A stretch of DNA of 58,702 bases from Clostridiales bacterium (GCA_017513085.1 JAFWDK010000011.1:1-58702), one strand, 5' to 3'; shown: positions 47,878 to 58,338, counted from the stretch's first letter. The notes: a model not told the origin generated them from the letters alone. Program-made: numbers and translations.

Positions 47878-48071
47878 TGGCTGAGAAGAAACAGATCCCA
47901 TTACGGCTTTCCGCCAAGCTGTACGATGCTATCGCTGCATGGGCGGAAGATGATTTCCGCTCCGTCAACGGGCAGATCGAATACCTTTTGACCGAATGCG
48001 TCAAACAGCGCAAGAAGAACGGGAAATACGTTTCCGAAGAACTGGATAAAGGTATCGACCTGGATATCTGA
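47877..48071 (+). CDS. Small Arc-like ribbon-helix-helix DNA-binding protein
   Basis: KKQIPLRLS..LYDAIAAWAEDDFRSVNGQIEYLL; TGATG coupling to the SPFH gene. Confidence 0.8.
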   Translation: MAEKKQIPLRLSAKLYDAIAAWAEDDFRSVNGQIEYLLTECVKQRKKNGKYVSEELDKGIDLDI

Positions 48072-48146
48072 GAGAGATCCTAATCGCGCCGTATTCCGGC
48101 TACAAAGTAAAACAGACGCCCCTTATTCAGGGTTTAAAAAAATGAG

Positions 48147-48186
48147 GAAGCTGTCTCAAAACATGAGGCAGCTTCCCTTCTTTTTG
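48147..48186 (+). terminator. Intrinsic terminator
   Basis: GAAGCTGTCTCA / TGAGGCAGCTTC stem followed by a T-run. Confidence 0.75.
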
Positions 48187-48291
48187 CGCGGCTCCGGGCA
48201 ATTATCTTTTACAGTTCCGTAACCATTGGCATACATGCATCATGATATAATAAATATCAGTTAGTTACCGGCAACTTACGGAGGCAATGCT

Positions 48292-49308
48292 GTGGATCTG
48301 AAATCGATCAAGAAACTCACCTTTACCATCAATACCTTGATACTCTTCCTGGTATTTTGTCTTGCGGGCTTTTTCTACTTATGCAAAGCCACTTTTCTTA
48401 TCTGGTTCAGCCTCCCGACCGCGCTGGTCTATGTATTAGGATTCCTCCTGATCGCAAACGACAGACTGGATTACTATGTCCGCATCGTTTACAGCTGGCT
48501 GACTCTCTATATGAGCATCACCACAGTCTGTCTAGGTTACAAACTCGGATTTCACCTTTACTGTCTGTCCATGATCCCTATCATTTTCTACACGGAATAC
48601 ATGGCCGAAAAGCTTGGCAAGAAGAAGATCAATGCTTTTATCGTCAGCGGGCTGATCGTGATCTGTTACCTGCTCTCTACCGGATACGCCGCATATGCCG
48701 GACCTATCTACGAAGTGAACAATAATATCGCCGGACTCTTCTGGATCATTAACTCCGCCATCGTCCTATTCTTCTTGATTGCCTATTCCCGCATCATGCT
48801 GGGCATGGTCAACAACTACGAAAAAAAGATCACAGAGATCGCACACAAGGATAGACTGACAGGGCTTTACAACCGGCATTACATGATGCAGCAACTGGAA
48901 GAAGCCGCCACTTCAAGCGAAAAATCCTATGTCGCCATGATCGACATCGATAACTTCAAACAGATCAACGATCAATACGGTCACAACGCCGGCGACTATG
49001 TGCTGACAAATCTGTCGCGCATTATGCAGGAAATCTGCACCGGATGCGAGATCTCCAGATGGGGCGGCGAAGAATTTCTTCTTCTCGGTCAGGGCGAAAC
49101 TGCAAGCACCGGTCAAGAGCTAGTCGAGAAGCTCAGGAAACGCGTCGAATCCGAATCCTTTCTCTTTGAAAAAGAAAACATCCGCGTCACGATCACCGTT
49201 GGCCTATCCCAAAAGGTGAAAGACCAGATGGTAGATCTCTGGGTGAAAGACGCGGATGACAAGCTCTACTTTGGTAAGAAAAACGGCAAAAACCGTGTGA
49301 TCATTTAA
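48292..49308 (+). CDS. Membrane-bound diguanylate cyclase (GGDEF domain)
   Basis: About 6 transmembrane helices; DRLTGLYNR, DIDNFKQINDQYGH and RWGGEEF motifs; no RxxD I-site. Confidence 0.92.
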   Translation: MDLKSIKKLTFTINTLILFLVFCLAGFFYLCKATFLIWFSLPTALVYVLGFLLIANDRLDYYVRIVYSWLTLYMSITTVCLGYKLGFHLYCLSMIPIIFYTEYMAEKLGKKKINAFIVSGLIVICYLLSTGYAAYAGPIYEVNNNIAGLFWIINSAIVLFFLIAYSRIMLGMVNNYEKKITEIAHKDRLTGLYNRHYMMQQLEEAATSSEKSYVAMIDIDNFKQINDQYGHNAGDYVLTNLSRIMQEICTGCEISRWGGEEFLLLGQGETASTGQELVEKLRKRVESESFLFEKENIRVTITVGLSQKVKDQMVDLWVKDADDKLYFGKKNGKNRVII

Positions 49309-50437
49309 TGACTTTTTCAACGTACTCTTCCAGACGGTCGCGGATCTGGATGTGCTGCGGGCACACCTCTTCGCAAGCTCCACAATGGATGCACTCATCG
49401 GCTCTCTTCTTGCCCGGGTTGATCACGCTGAACTTTTCCTCGACCTTGGCGCGCTCGACGTTCTTATAAAGCGTAACGATATTCAGCGACTTAAATGTAC
49501 CCGGAATACCGATATCCATCGGGCAGACTTTCGTGCAATACTGGCATGACGTGCAAGGAACGATCGGGATCGCCTCCAGCGTCTGTCTTGCCTTTTCCAT
49601 CACCGCCTGCTCATTCTCATCCAGTTTTTTAAAATCCGCCATGTAGGAAAGATTATCCTTCATCTGCTCGACATTACTCATGCCCGAAAGCACGGTAATA
49701 ACGCCATCCAGGCTGGCCGCAAACCGCACTGCCCAGGACGCCAGCGAAGCATCCGGATCCGCCTCTTTCAAAACCTGAGCCACTTCCTCCGGCGGGTTCG
49801 CAAGAAGACCACCCTTGACCGGTTCCATAATGATCACCGGCTTATTGTATTTTCTCGCCATCTCATATACTTTCCGCGACTGGATCTCCGCATTTTCCCA
49901 GTCCGCGTAGTTGATCTGCAACTGCACAAACTCAGCCTCCGGATGCGCCTTCAGGATCTCTTCCAGCTCTTCCGCCGTCGAATGGAAAGAAAAACCGACA
50001 TGACGGATCTTTCCTTCCGCTTTCTTCTCCTGCACGAAATTCCAAAGATCAAAATCATCGAAAGGCTTCGTCCGGTTCTGGCCCAGATTGTGAAGCAGAT
50101 AGAAATCGAAATATCCGGCGCCGGTCCGCTTCAAAGAAGTCTCGAACTGCGCGATCGCATCCTCTCTTGTCTTACAATTGATCCACGCCGCATTCTTCGT
50201 GGCCAGGAGAAACTTCTCACGCGGATATCTCTCCACCAAAGCCTGGCGGATCGCGTCTTCACTTCCCCCGTACGCCCACGCGGTATCGAAATACGTACAC
50301 CCGGCCGCAAGGAAAAGATCGACCATTTCCTTCGTCTGCTCGATATCAATAACATCCTGCTCCCCTTCCACTCTCGGAAGGCGCATCAGTCCAAATCCCA
50401 ACTTCTTTACGTCATGTCCCAAGTAATTCTCATCCAT
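49301..50437 (-). CDS. Aldo/keto reductase with C-terminal 4Fe-4S dicluster
   Basis: LGFGLMRLP, YFDTAWAY and IMEPVKGG motifs; CTSCQYC..CP and CIHCGACEEVCP. GGAGG RBS before ATG 50437. Confidence 0.92.
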   Translation of the reverse strand: MDENYLGHDVKKLGFGLMRLPRVEGEQDVIDIEQTKEMVDLFLAAGCTYFDTAWAYGGSEDAIRQALVERYPREKFLLATKNAAWINCKTREDAIAQFETSLKRTGAGYFDFYLLHNLGQNRTKPFDDFDLWNFVQEKKAEGKIRHVGFSFHSTAEELEEILKAHPEAEFVQLQINYADWENAEIQSRKVYEMARKYNKPVIIMEPVKGGLLANPPEEVAQVLKEADPDASLASWAVRFAASLDGVITVLSGMSNVEQMKDNLSYMADFKKLDENEQAVMEKARQTLEAIPIVPCTSCQYCTKVCPMDIGIPGTFKSLNIVTLYKNVERAKVEEKFSVINPGKKRADECIHCGACEEVCPQHIQIRDRLEEYVEKVIK

Positions 50438-50649
50438 AGAAACCTCCCCCGGCTCTTGATGTGACCCGCTATTAAAATGTGTACCTCTTTCTTTCCGGAG
50501 CACGACTCTTTCCCAAAAGCACTTGCGCCCGTACTTCTGATTATACCTTATACGTGGCCGTAAAGTAATCCTTAGTTCTCTTTATCCCGCGTGTTTGGTA
50601 TAATGAGCTGGATCCGTATGAAGGAAAAGAAGTTAAAAGAGGATAGTAT

Positions 50650-52995
50650 ATGAAAATAGCCATTGTCAGTCCGAGTCCCGTACCGTTTACCATCGGAGGC
50701 GCAGAAAATCTTGCCTGGGGGCTTTGCGAATCGATCAACAAATATACGAAGCATCAGGCTGAACTCATCAAGTTGCCCAGCAAAGAATTTGAATTCTGGG
50801 ATCTTGTCGAAAACTATTACCAGTTCTATAACCTCGACTTAAGTCATTTTGACCTGGTGATCTCCACCAAGTATCCGGCCTGGATGGTCAAGCACGATAA
50901 CTGCATGGTCTACATGCTCCATACTCTTCGCGGACTCTATGACACCTATCCGCAGATGGATCTGAAAGAAGAAGTCGATCCGTCCTGTCCTGCTGTCAAC
51001 AGCATTCTTTCCTACATGGAAAAGCACAGGAACTACCATGACCTGAAGATCTTTTTCGAGAAACTTTTCAAACTCAAGAACGATACTTCCATCCCGGCCT
51101 CTTTCTTTGCTTTCCCGGGTCCTTTTATCAGAAAGATCGTGCACTATCTCGATTACTGCGCACTTTCCCAGGACGGCATGCACAAGTGGGCGGCCATCTC
51201 GAATACCGTAAAAAACAGAAAAGACTATTTTCCGGAATATGCAAATGTCGACGTGGTCTATCCGCCGACGATCCTCAAGGACTGTAACACCGGAGATTGC
51301 AAGCACATCTTTTTCTGCAGCCGTCTCGACGCGCCGAAGCGTATCGATATGCTCGTTCGCGCCATGAAGCACGTCAAGAGTGACGTCAAGCTCTACATTG
51401 CCGGCACCGGTCCGGAAAGAGACAAGCTCCTCGAGCTGGCCAAAGATGACCCGCGCATCAAGTTCCTCGGATTCGTGTCCGACCAGGAAGTCGAAGAATA
51501 CTATGCCAACGCGATCTGTATCCCGTACTTTCCTTTTGACGAGGATTACGGATATATCACGATCGAAGCCATGCTTCACAAGAAGCCGGTCATCACGACG
51601 ACCGACGCCGGCGGGCCGAACGAATTTGTGGAAGACGGAGTAAACGGCTTCGTCGTGCCTTTTGAAGAAAGAGCCATTGCCGAGAAGATCGACTATCTGG
51701 CACAGCATATCGATGAGGCAAAAGAGATGGGCGTCAAAGCCTACGACAAAGTCAAGGATATCACCTGGGAGCGTGCCGTCGCTTCTCTTCTGGATATGGA
51801 GGGCGAGCGTCTGCACGACAAGAAGATCGTCGTGACCAATACTTTTGCCATCACGCCGGTCATGGGCGGAGGTCAGGCCAGAGTCTTCAACCTCTATAAG
51901 AGCGCAGCGCAAAAGTGCGATGTTGAGATCGTCGCCTACACGGTTTCCGACGAAAAACCCAGAAAGAGAAAGATCGCCCGCGGTCTTACTGAGACGGTCA
52001 TTCCGAAGTCTGCTGCACATCAGGCGGAAGAGAACAAACTTACCGATCTGTTCCAGAAGCCGGTAACGGACATTGCCATGCCGCTCCTCGGCGAAATGAC
52101 ACCGGAGTACACTGCCAAACTGGAAGAAGCCACGAAGGATGCGGATCTGGTGATCCTTTCCCATCCTTACACCTACAACCAGTATCTCAAGCACGCCTCT
52201 CATCTGCCGTTCGCCTATGAAGCACAGGATATCGAGTATCTTCTGAAAAAGGAAATGTTTAAGGATGTCGATCATCCAAAAGCACAGGAGCTTCTGGAGA
52301 ACCTCCACAAGATCGAGAAGGAATGCTGTGAGAAGAGTCAGTTCATCATGACATGCTCGCAGGAAGATAAAGACAAACTCGTCGAGCTTTACGGTATCAC
52401 GCCGGATAAGATCCTCGTCGTTCCGAACGGTGTGGATTGCAAAGCCACGACGTACACAGACGTGGACACCCGTCTTCTGAACAAGAAAGAAGCCGGTCTG
52501 GAAAAAGAAAAGATCGGTATCTTCATGGGAAGCTGGCACGGACCGAACCTTGAATCTGGTGAGATCATCGTAGAGACGGCCAAGAGCTGCCCCGACACGA
52601 AGTTCTTCATCATCGGAAGCATGTGTTCTTATTTCCTGCATCGTCCTCTGCCGTCCAATGTAGCGCTCCTGGGCATGGTTTCCGACGACGAAAAGACACG
52701 TATCTTCAGCATCGCGGATTTCGCCCTGAACCCGATGTATTCCGGATCAGGCACGAATCTGAAGATGTTCGATTATATGTCGGCCGGTCTTCCGATCATC
52801 ACCTCGATGTTCGGCACGCGCGGCATTGAGAACAAGGACCTCTTCATTCTTGCCGAAAAAGAAAGCCTGGCCGAAACGATCAACCATTTCGACCTGGCTT
52901 CTATGCGGGATAAAGTGGAAGCGTCCAGAAAGTACGCAGAAGATATCTTCGATTGGAAAGTCATCGTGAAGCCTCTTCTTGAGAAGCTCCCGTAA
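50650..52995 (+). CDS. Glycosyltransferase with two tandem GT4 (GT-B) modules
   Basis: Module 1: GGAE, SRLDAPKR, EDYGYITIEAM..KKPVI. Module 2: GGGQ.R, VVPNGVD, GSGTNLKMFDYMSAGLPIIT. Confidence 0.85.
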   Translation: MKIAIVSPSPVPFTIGGAENLAWGLCESINKYTKHQAELIKLPSKEFEFWDLVENYYQFYNLDLSHFDLVISTKYPAWMVKHDNCMVYMLHTLRGLYDTYPQMDLKEEVDPSCPAVNSILSYMEKHRNYHDLKIFFEKLFKLKNDTSIPASFFAFPGPFIRKIVHYLDYCALSQDGMHKWAAISNTVKNRKDYFPEYANVDVVYPPTILKDCNTGDCKHIFFCSRLDAPKRIDMLVRAMKHVKSDVKLYIAGTGPERDKLLELAKDDPRIKFLGFVSDQEVEEYYANAICIPYFPFDEDYGYITIEAMLHKKPVITTTDAGGPNEFVEDGVNGFVVPFEERAIAEKIDYLAQHIDEAKEMGVKAYDKVKDITWERAVASLLDMEGERLHDKKIVVTNTFAITPVMGGGQARVFNLYKSAAQKCDVEIVAYTVSDEKPRKRKIARGLTETVIPKSAAHQAEENKLTDLFQKPVTDIAMPLLGEMTPEYTAKLEEATKDADLVILSHPYTYNQYLKHASHLPFAYEAQDIEYLLKKEMFKDVDHPKAQELLENLHKIEKECCEKSQFIMTCSQEDKDKLVELYGITPDKILVVPNGVDCKATTYTDVDTRLLNKKEAGLEKEKIGIFMGSWHGPNLESGEIIVETAKSCPDTKFFIIGSMCSYFLHRPLPSNVALLGMVSDDEKTRIFSIADFALNPMYSGSGTNLKMFDYMSAGLPIITSMFGTRGIENKDLFILAEKESLAETINHFDLASMRDKVEASRKYAEDIFDWKVIVKPLLEKLP

Positions 52996-53002
52996 GTTCA
53001 AT

Positions 53003-53905
53003 CTAGACGCATTCATTCGTCAGATCAAAGACAAAGTAGTTTTTCTCCGCGTCCAGACGTTTGCTGTCGATAGCTTTTTCGACCATCGCATCGTGGTCGA
53101 AATCCATGCGCCAGAAGAAATCGTAAGCGTCGGAATTTTCTCCGTAGCAACGCTCGCCACGCTCCAAACTGACCTTTCCGTCTTGATCGACGAGGATATC
53201 CTTCAGATACACACAATCGTATCCTTCTGTCGTTCTTCCGTCTTCGGTCTCCAGCACAAGATCCATAATGAAATAAAGACCATTTCCACGATCGCTCGTG
53301 ATAAGATACACACTCTCGATCTGCGGCTCCTGCACCAGATTCCAGATATCCTTCGAAGACTGGATCACTGCGCCTTCATGCTTCTCTTTTATAGAATCGA
53401 TCGCCAGATCTTTGGCATATTCCAGGAAGCCCGCCTTTTCCAGTTCGGACGGAACCACGCGATAGGACTTCGGACGGTTGTTCGCGGCCGTCGCTGCCTT
53501 CTGCGCGTCCCTTTCCGCTTTTTGGGCCCTCGCTTTGTCGATCAGAACCTTCATCACCACCGCGCAGATCGCGAGGATGATCAATGTCCGAATAAATGAT
53601 ATGATCGACTTCCTTCTGGCCTTTCTCCTTATCTCTTTCAAGGCCTCTTTATGCTTTCTCTCACGCTCTTCTTCGCGCGCGATCGTCTCCGCTTCTTTCT
53701 TTTTGAAGAAAGCCTCCATCTCCGCTTTTCTGTCCGAAAGCGAACGGCGGATCAATTCCTCTGCATTGGCAATGTTATCATACGCAACATCCGATGCGTC
53801 CTTCTCTATGTCAAAAGCACTGTTGCAGAAGTCGCAGATCAGTTTCTCCCCTTCCAGCCGGAGCGGCGCATTGCAATTTTTGCAGTTCATTACTCGTAGT
53901 TTCAT
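53003..53905 (-). CDS. Zn-ribbon / coiled-coil / single-TM membrane protein (paralog 3)
   Basis: CKNC-x12-CDFC, charged helix, one hydrophobic helix, then a ~170-aa C-terminal domain; AAGGAG RBS. Confidence 0.75.
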   Translation of the reverse strand: MKLRVMNCKNCNAPLRLEGEKLICDFCNSAFDIEKDASDVAYDNIANAEELIRRSLSDRKAEMEAFFKKKEAETIAREEERERKHKEALKEIRRKARRKSIISFIRTLIILAICAVVMKVLIDKARAQKAERDAQKAATAANNRPKSYRVVPSELEKAGFLEYAKDLAIDSIKEKHEGAVIQSSKDIWNLVQEPQIESVYLITSDRGNGLYFIMDLVLETEDGRTTEGYDCVYLKDILVDQDGKVSLERGERCYGENSDAYDFFWRMDFDHDAMVEKAIDSKRLDAEKNYFVFDLTNECV

Positions 53906-53920
53906 GATGCCACTCCTTTC

Positions 53921-54772
53921 TTACTGTTCCGGAATCTCGATCTCGGTTGCGGTATAACGAGTCATGCCCAGGACGCTCTCTCGATAGAGCTGATCCTTAT
54001 CGGAATACCCTCTCTTATTCCCCATAAAACCACATTTGTAATCGCACTTCACTTCACCATACGCATTCACAGAAAGATTATCCAGGCTCGCAGCATCATA
54101 GATCTCTTTGAATTCACCGTTATCTTCATACTGATAGGTGATCTTATAGATCATGCAGATCTTCTGGTCATTCAACTCCAGGCTCTCCATCAGATACATG
54201 CCCTGGATCTGCGGATCACCGACCATATTGGCAACACGATCATTTCCATCTTCCGTCTCGTCGAGCGTCCTTCTGTTTCCCCGGTATTCAAACATTCTTC
54301 CGGCAGCAATAGCGTTCTCCACAAAAACCGAGTCTTTTTCGATAGCAGTTGATACGATTTTGAATTTATCCGCTTTCTTTTGGTCATAGTTTCCGCTGTT
54401 TTTACTGACTCTCCAGAAAACAAAACCCAGAGGAAGGAATGTCAAGGCAAAACTCAAAATAATGCCCAGCGTAGTATGCAAAGCAAGTTTTCCCGCACTC
54501 TTTAAGGCCTGCTCTCTCTCCTTATCTCTCTTACGCTGCCGTTCACGTTCGATCATGTCTTCACGAAGCTGATACTGCGTCTGGATGAGCTCCAGATCTT
54601 TTTGCAAAAGCATCTTCGTACGATCTGCCGAGGTAACCAGATCCGTGTACTGCACGTCATCCTCATCGTAATCAACATTAAAGACCGCGCCGCAACTGGT
54701 GCAGCAGAAGACATCGCGTTCCTGATGGAGGAAACCATTACACTGCGGGCAATTCAGATTGGTAAGTTTCAT
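53921..54772 (-). CDS. Zn-ribbon / coiled-coil / single-TM membrane protein (paralog 2)
   Basis: CPQC-x12-CTSC with the same architecture; GGAGG RBS. Confidence 0.75.
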   Translation of the reverse strand: MKLTNLNCPQCNGFLHQERDVFCCTSCGAVFNVDYDEDDVQYTDLVTSADRTKMLLQKDLELIQTQYQLREDMIERERQRKRDKEREQALKSAGKLALHTTLGIILSFALTFLPLGFVFWRVSKNSGNYDQKKADKFKIVSTAIEKDSVFVENAIAAGRMFEYRGNRRTLDETEDGNDRVANMVGDPQIQGMYLMESLELNDQKICMIYKITYQYEDNGEFKEIYDAASLDNLSVNAYGEVKCDYKCGFMGNKRGYSDKDQLYRESVLGMTRYTATEIEIPEQ

Positions 54773-54783
54773 AGAACACCTCC

Positions 54784-55659
54784 TCAGCCGATATCATTCA
54801 ACTTGTTCATCAAAGAGGAGCCGATCGAAAGCTTCGTGATCTTTATGTCAGGCTTCGAATCGATCACATCTTTCACCAGCTTATCTTTGTCTTCATAGCC
54901 ATACATATTGGCGCCCTTTTCATGCTTGAAACGTGCCGAATATCTGCAGGCGACTTTCCCCTGATCATTCAAAGAAATATCATCGTGTGCGGCGTCAAAA
55001 TAGACGATCACCGGATCCGCGTCATCTTCGAAAGTACACGTGCACTTAAAGATCAAATGGATCTCCGCGTATGTGTTTGTGCTGAGAACATAACTCTCGA
55101 CAAACTCCGGCTCGCCGGAAATTTTCGCCATCTCTCCGGCTTTGTTTTTGAAAAGTTTCTTCTCGTTTTTGATCAGGTAACGACCGGACTCGACAGCATT
55201 GATCATGAAGTCCTCATCGGACACGACTTTGTCCGTATCGATACCGACGATATCCTTGACGTCAACCGTAGTTGCTGCAGTGGTAGTCGGCATTGCGGAA
55301 AGGAGTCCTTTTCTAACATTTCTGCCAACAGCCAGCATAACAAAATGAAAAGCGTAATATACGATTATGAATCCCAGGAAAAAGATGCCGATCCTTTTCA
55401 GCGGCTTCAGAAGATCCTGCTGCTGTCTTCTCGCTTCGTTCGCCTTCGCCTGCTGCTGATATTGGGCGCGGGCTTCGCTGGTCTTCTGCATATGCTCGAT
55501 CCATGCCTGCGCACGTTCTTCACGGGTAGCTTCCTGCGCACGGGCAACATCATCTTTATCCCAGTTGATTGCAAAAACACTGCCACAAGTCGGACAGATC
55601 ATCTTTCCATCCTGCATGACGAGCTGGCTTCCACAATTCTGACAGAAATTGTTTGCCAT
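54784..55659 (-). CDS. Zn-ribbon / coiled-coil / single-TM membrane protein (paralog 1)
   Basis: CQNC-x12-CPTC with the same architecture; GGAGG RBS before ATG 55659. Confidence 0.75.
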   Translation of the reverse strand: MANNFCQNCGSQLVMQDGKMICPTCGSVFAINWDKDDVARAQEATREERAQAWIEHMQKTSEARAQYQQQAKANEARRQQQDLLKPLKRIGIFFLGFIIVYYAFHFVMLAVGRNVRKGLLSAMPTTTAATTVDVKDIVGIDTDKVVSDEDFMINAVESGRYLIKNEKKLFKNKAGEMAKISGEPEFVESYVLSTNTYAEIHLIFKCTCTFEDDADPVIVYFDAAHDDISLNDQGKVACRYSARFKHEKGANMYGYEDKDKLVKDVIDSKPDIKITKLSIGSSLMNKLNDIG

Positions 55660-55793
55660 AGTACACCTCCCATATCGCACTCATACCCTAAAACTTCCTT
55701 TATCATTATAGCATGAGGTCAAACGCTAAAAACCAGAAACGGCACTCTTTTTTGCAGGTTTAATTTTCTTTTCCTGCAAAATAAAGCATTTTC

Positions 55794-57290
55794 TCAGGTC
55801 GCTCCTCTCACGACTCTGGAATAATCATAACCCTGATCCGATGTCATTTCACAAGGTGTAAGCGTAAAATACTCCACGCCGAATCCTCGTATATTGAATT
55901 TCAATTCGACGTCTCCTTGCACAGCTGTAACGATACTCGAGGAAACAAGCGGAGAATCGGCCTGCTTAAGAAGATCGAGCTGAGCCCGTGACGGAGCGGC
56001 CGGCTCACCGATATCGTGCCACAGTTTCAATGGATTCGTCGTGACAGGATCCACGGTCTGCCGGATCAATGTCAGGTTCTTATCTTTTACGGGAATCGCA
56101 AAGTCCTTCTTAAGCGCCTTTTTGCCACGATTCCAGACAATGCCGCGGATCTCTTTCTTGTCGGCGCTCTCAAGGATCACGCACTCCTCATCTTTATAGA
56201 TGCAACGCCCGGACAAGTCCTGAAGACGCTTAAAGAAAGCAAATGTCCAGAATGTCGGTTTTCTCACGCAGCCTGCCGCCACAAGTCCAAATCCGCCGTA
56301 AAACTGGGTATGAGGAATTCCGGTCTCTTCAAAAACATCTCCGAACGTCCAGTACGAGTAAGATTCGTTAACATCCCCCAAGTGGGAAAGCTGATGAGCG
56401 ATATACGCGGCATTCTCATTCGTATCATGGATCGGATTTGTCGGAGTATACGAAGTATTAAACTCCGTGATATGGATCGGCAGACCTTTAAATTCCTTAT
56501 ACGAGTCAATGGCAACACGAGATGTTTTTAAGTTATCAAAGCCCATGAAAGGATCAGAGAGTTTCTGATAGGTAAAGTGCCCCTTCCTTTGTGGCTCTTC
56601 TGTCGTGTAATGGTGTCTGGTGACAAAATCCAACGGAAGTTTCTCCTTGCGGCAAAAATCCAGAAAACTTCTGATCCAGAACTCATCCTTCACACCGCAC
56701 ACAGCAGGTCCACCGACCTTAAACCGGCGATCGACCTTTTTGACGGCTTTCAATGTGATCTTGAACAGTTTGAAATACTCCTGCATGTCGGCATCTTTCC
56801 AGAAACCAGGAAGATTCGGTTCATTCCATACCTCGACCGGCCAGTTCACCACACGGTCACGCCCGTATCTGTCACAAAGGTGGGTAAGTGTCGTGCTGAC
56901 CAGTTCCGCCCATTTCTCATAACTCTTCGGAGGCGTGACATTTCCCTTCCAGTAGAAGATCGTCTGTGTTCCGGAACCAAGCGCACCGGGCATAAAGCCA
57001 AGTTCGAGGAACGGCTCGAGCCCCTGCTCGATGTAACTGTCCATTACGCGGTCGAGATAGGTAAAGTTATAGCAGAAGAAAGTTTCGTTTCCCCACTTTA
57101 TTTCTTCATAGATGCCCATATCTTCACAAAACAGGCCATGTCCACGGATATGCTTAAATCCGATCTCTTTCTGAACAACTCTCAGTTCATCCTGATACTC
57201 CTTGGTAAGCGCCAATCCCATACGCCCGGTGCCTACACAAAAGTCCACATTATTATGAAACGTATATGTCTTTTTTCTGTCGATCCTCAT
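55794..57290 (-). CDS. GH39 beta-xylosidase (XynB-like), cytoplasmic
   Basis: CVGTGR.GLAL, IRGHGLF, EVWNEPN (acid/base), HITEFN (nucleophile) and SYWTFGDVFEE motifs; no signal peptide. Confidence 0.92.
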   Translation of the reverse strand: MRIDRKKTYTFHNNVDFCVGTGRMGLALTKEYQDELRVVQKEIGFKHIRGHGLFCEDMGIYEEIKWGNETFFCYNFTYLDRVMDSYIEQGLEPFLELGFMPGALGSGTQTIFYWKGNVTPPKSYEKWAELVSTTLTHLCDRYGRDRVVNWPVEVWNEPNLPGFWKDADMQEYFKLFKITLKAVKKVDRRFKVGGPAVCGVKDEFWIRSFLDFCRKEKLPLDFVTRHHYTTEEPQRKGHFTYQKLSDPFMGFDNLKTSRVAIDSYKEFKGLPIHITEFNTSYTPTNPIHDTNENAAYIAHQLSHLGDVNESYSYWTFGDVFEETGIPHTQFYGGFGLVAAGCVRKPTFWTFAFFKRLQDLSGRCIYKDEECVILESADKKEIRGIVWNRGKKALKKDFAIPVKDKNLTLIRQTVDPVTTNPLKLWHDIGEPAAPSRAQLDLLKQADSPLVSSSIVTAVQGDVELKFNIRGFGVEYFTLTPCEMTSDQGYDYSRVVRGAT

Positions 57291-57495
57291 TAGTGTTCCT
57301 CCATTCCGCCATATCGTTTTATGTATGTCTATATCATTCTACACTAAAAACAGCTTGAAGAAGATTCTGATTTCAATGTCAAAAGCACTGACCGAGTGCT
57401 TTTTGCGCAGAAGAAAAAAGAGAATCGTTCGGGTTGCGTTTTTTCTTTGGAAGTCTGTTATACTGTTTGTATGCTATGAAATGAGGTAGATTTCC

Positions 57496-58338
57496 ATGAC
57501 GAAGGCAGACCATTACCTGGTTGACGATATCCACAATATTCTCGATAACGGCTATAAAGATGTAAATCCGCGTCCGAAATACGAAGACGGAAAGCCGGCA
57601 TATACGATCAGCGTCAATCATGTAATGCGCAAGTACGACCTGAGTCTGGGACAGTTTCCGATCTGCACGCTAAGAAGGCAGGCTTGGAAAACAGGCATTC
57701 GCGAGATCTTCACGATTTACCAGAACCCGACCAATGTTCTTTCCGAAATGGAACAGATGAAGGTCACCTGGTGGACACCCTGGGATATCGGCGACGGAAC
57801 GATCGGCCAGCGTTATGGCGCGACCGTCAAGAGATATGATCTCGTAAACAACCTGATCGCTGACATCAAGAAAGATCCTTATGGAAGAAGAAAGATCATG
57901 TCGCTCTGGCAGGAGACCGACCTTCGCGAAACACCCGGCCTCGCGCCATGTGCTTTTCTTACGATATGGAATGTCCGTGAAAAATATCTGGATATGTGCA
58001 TGATCCAGCGAAGCGGTGATATGTTGACCGCATCCGGTGCCGGCGGAATCAACGAGATCCAGTACGCCGCCCTGCAGATGATGATTGCCTGTGCGACAGG
58101 CTATGAACCAGGTGTCTTCACACATTTCGTAGCGAACGAACAGATCTACGACCGTCACGTCGACAATGCGCATGAACTTCTTCGCCGTGCCGATGCCGCG
58201 ATCTCGTCCATCCAGAAACCACGTCTCATCCTGCACAAAGACCCTGGATGCGACCTGAGTTCCATCTCCGTCGACGACTTTGAGATGGTTGATTATCACC
58301 CCATGGAACCCCAGCTTAAATTCGAACTCGGTATCTGA
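57496..58338 (+). CDS. thyA: Thymidylate synthase
   Basis: IGQRYG, DPYGRR.IMSLW, LAPC (catalytic Cys), QRSGD, N..QY and IYDRH motifs. Confidence 0.9.
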   Translation: MTKADHYLVDDIHNILDNGYKDVNPRPKYEDGKPAYTISVNHVMRKYDLSLGQFPICTLRRQAWKTGIREIFTIYQNPTNVLSEMEQMKVTWWTPWDIGDGTIGQRYGATVKRYDLVNNLIADIKKDPYGRRKIMSLWQETDLRETPGLAPCAFLTIWNVREKYLDMCMIQRSGDMLTASGAGGINEIQYAALQMMIACATGYEPGVFTHFVANEQIYDRHVDNAHELLRRADAAISSIQKPRLILHKDPGCDLSSISVDDFEMVDYHPMEPQLKFELGI

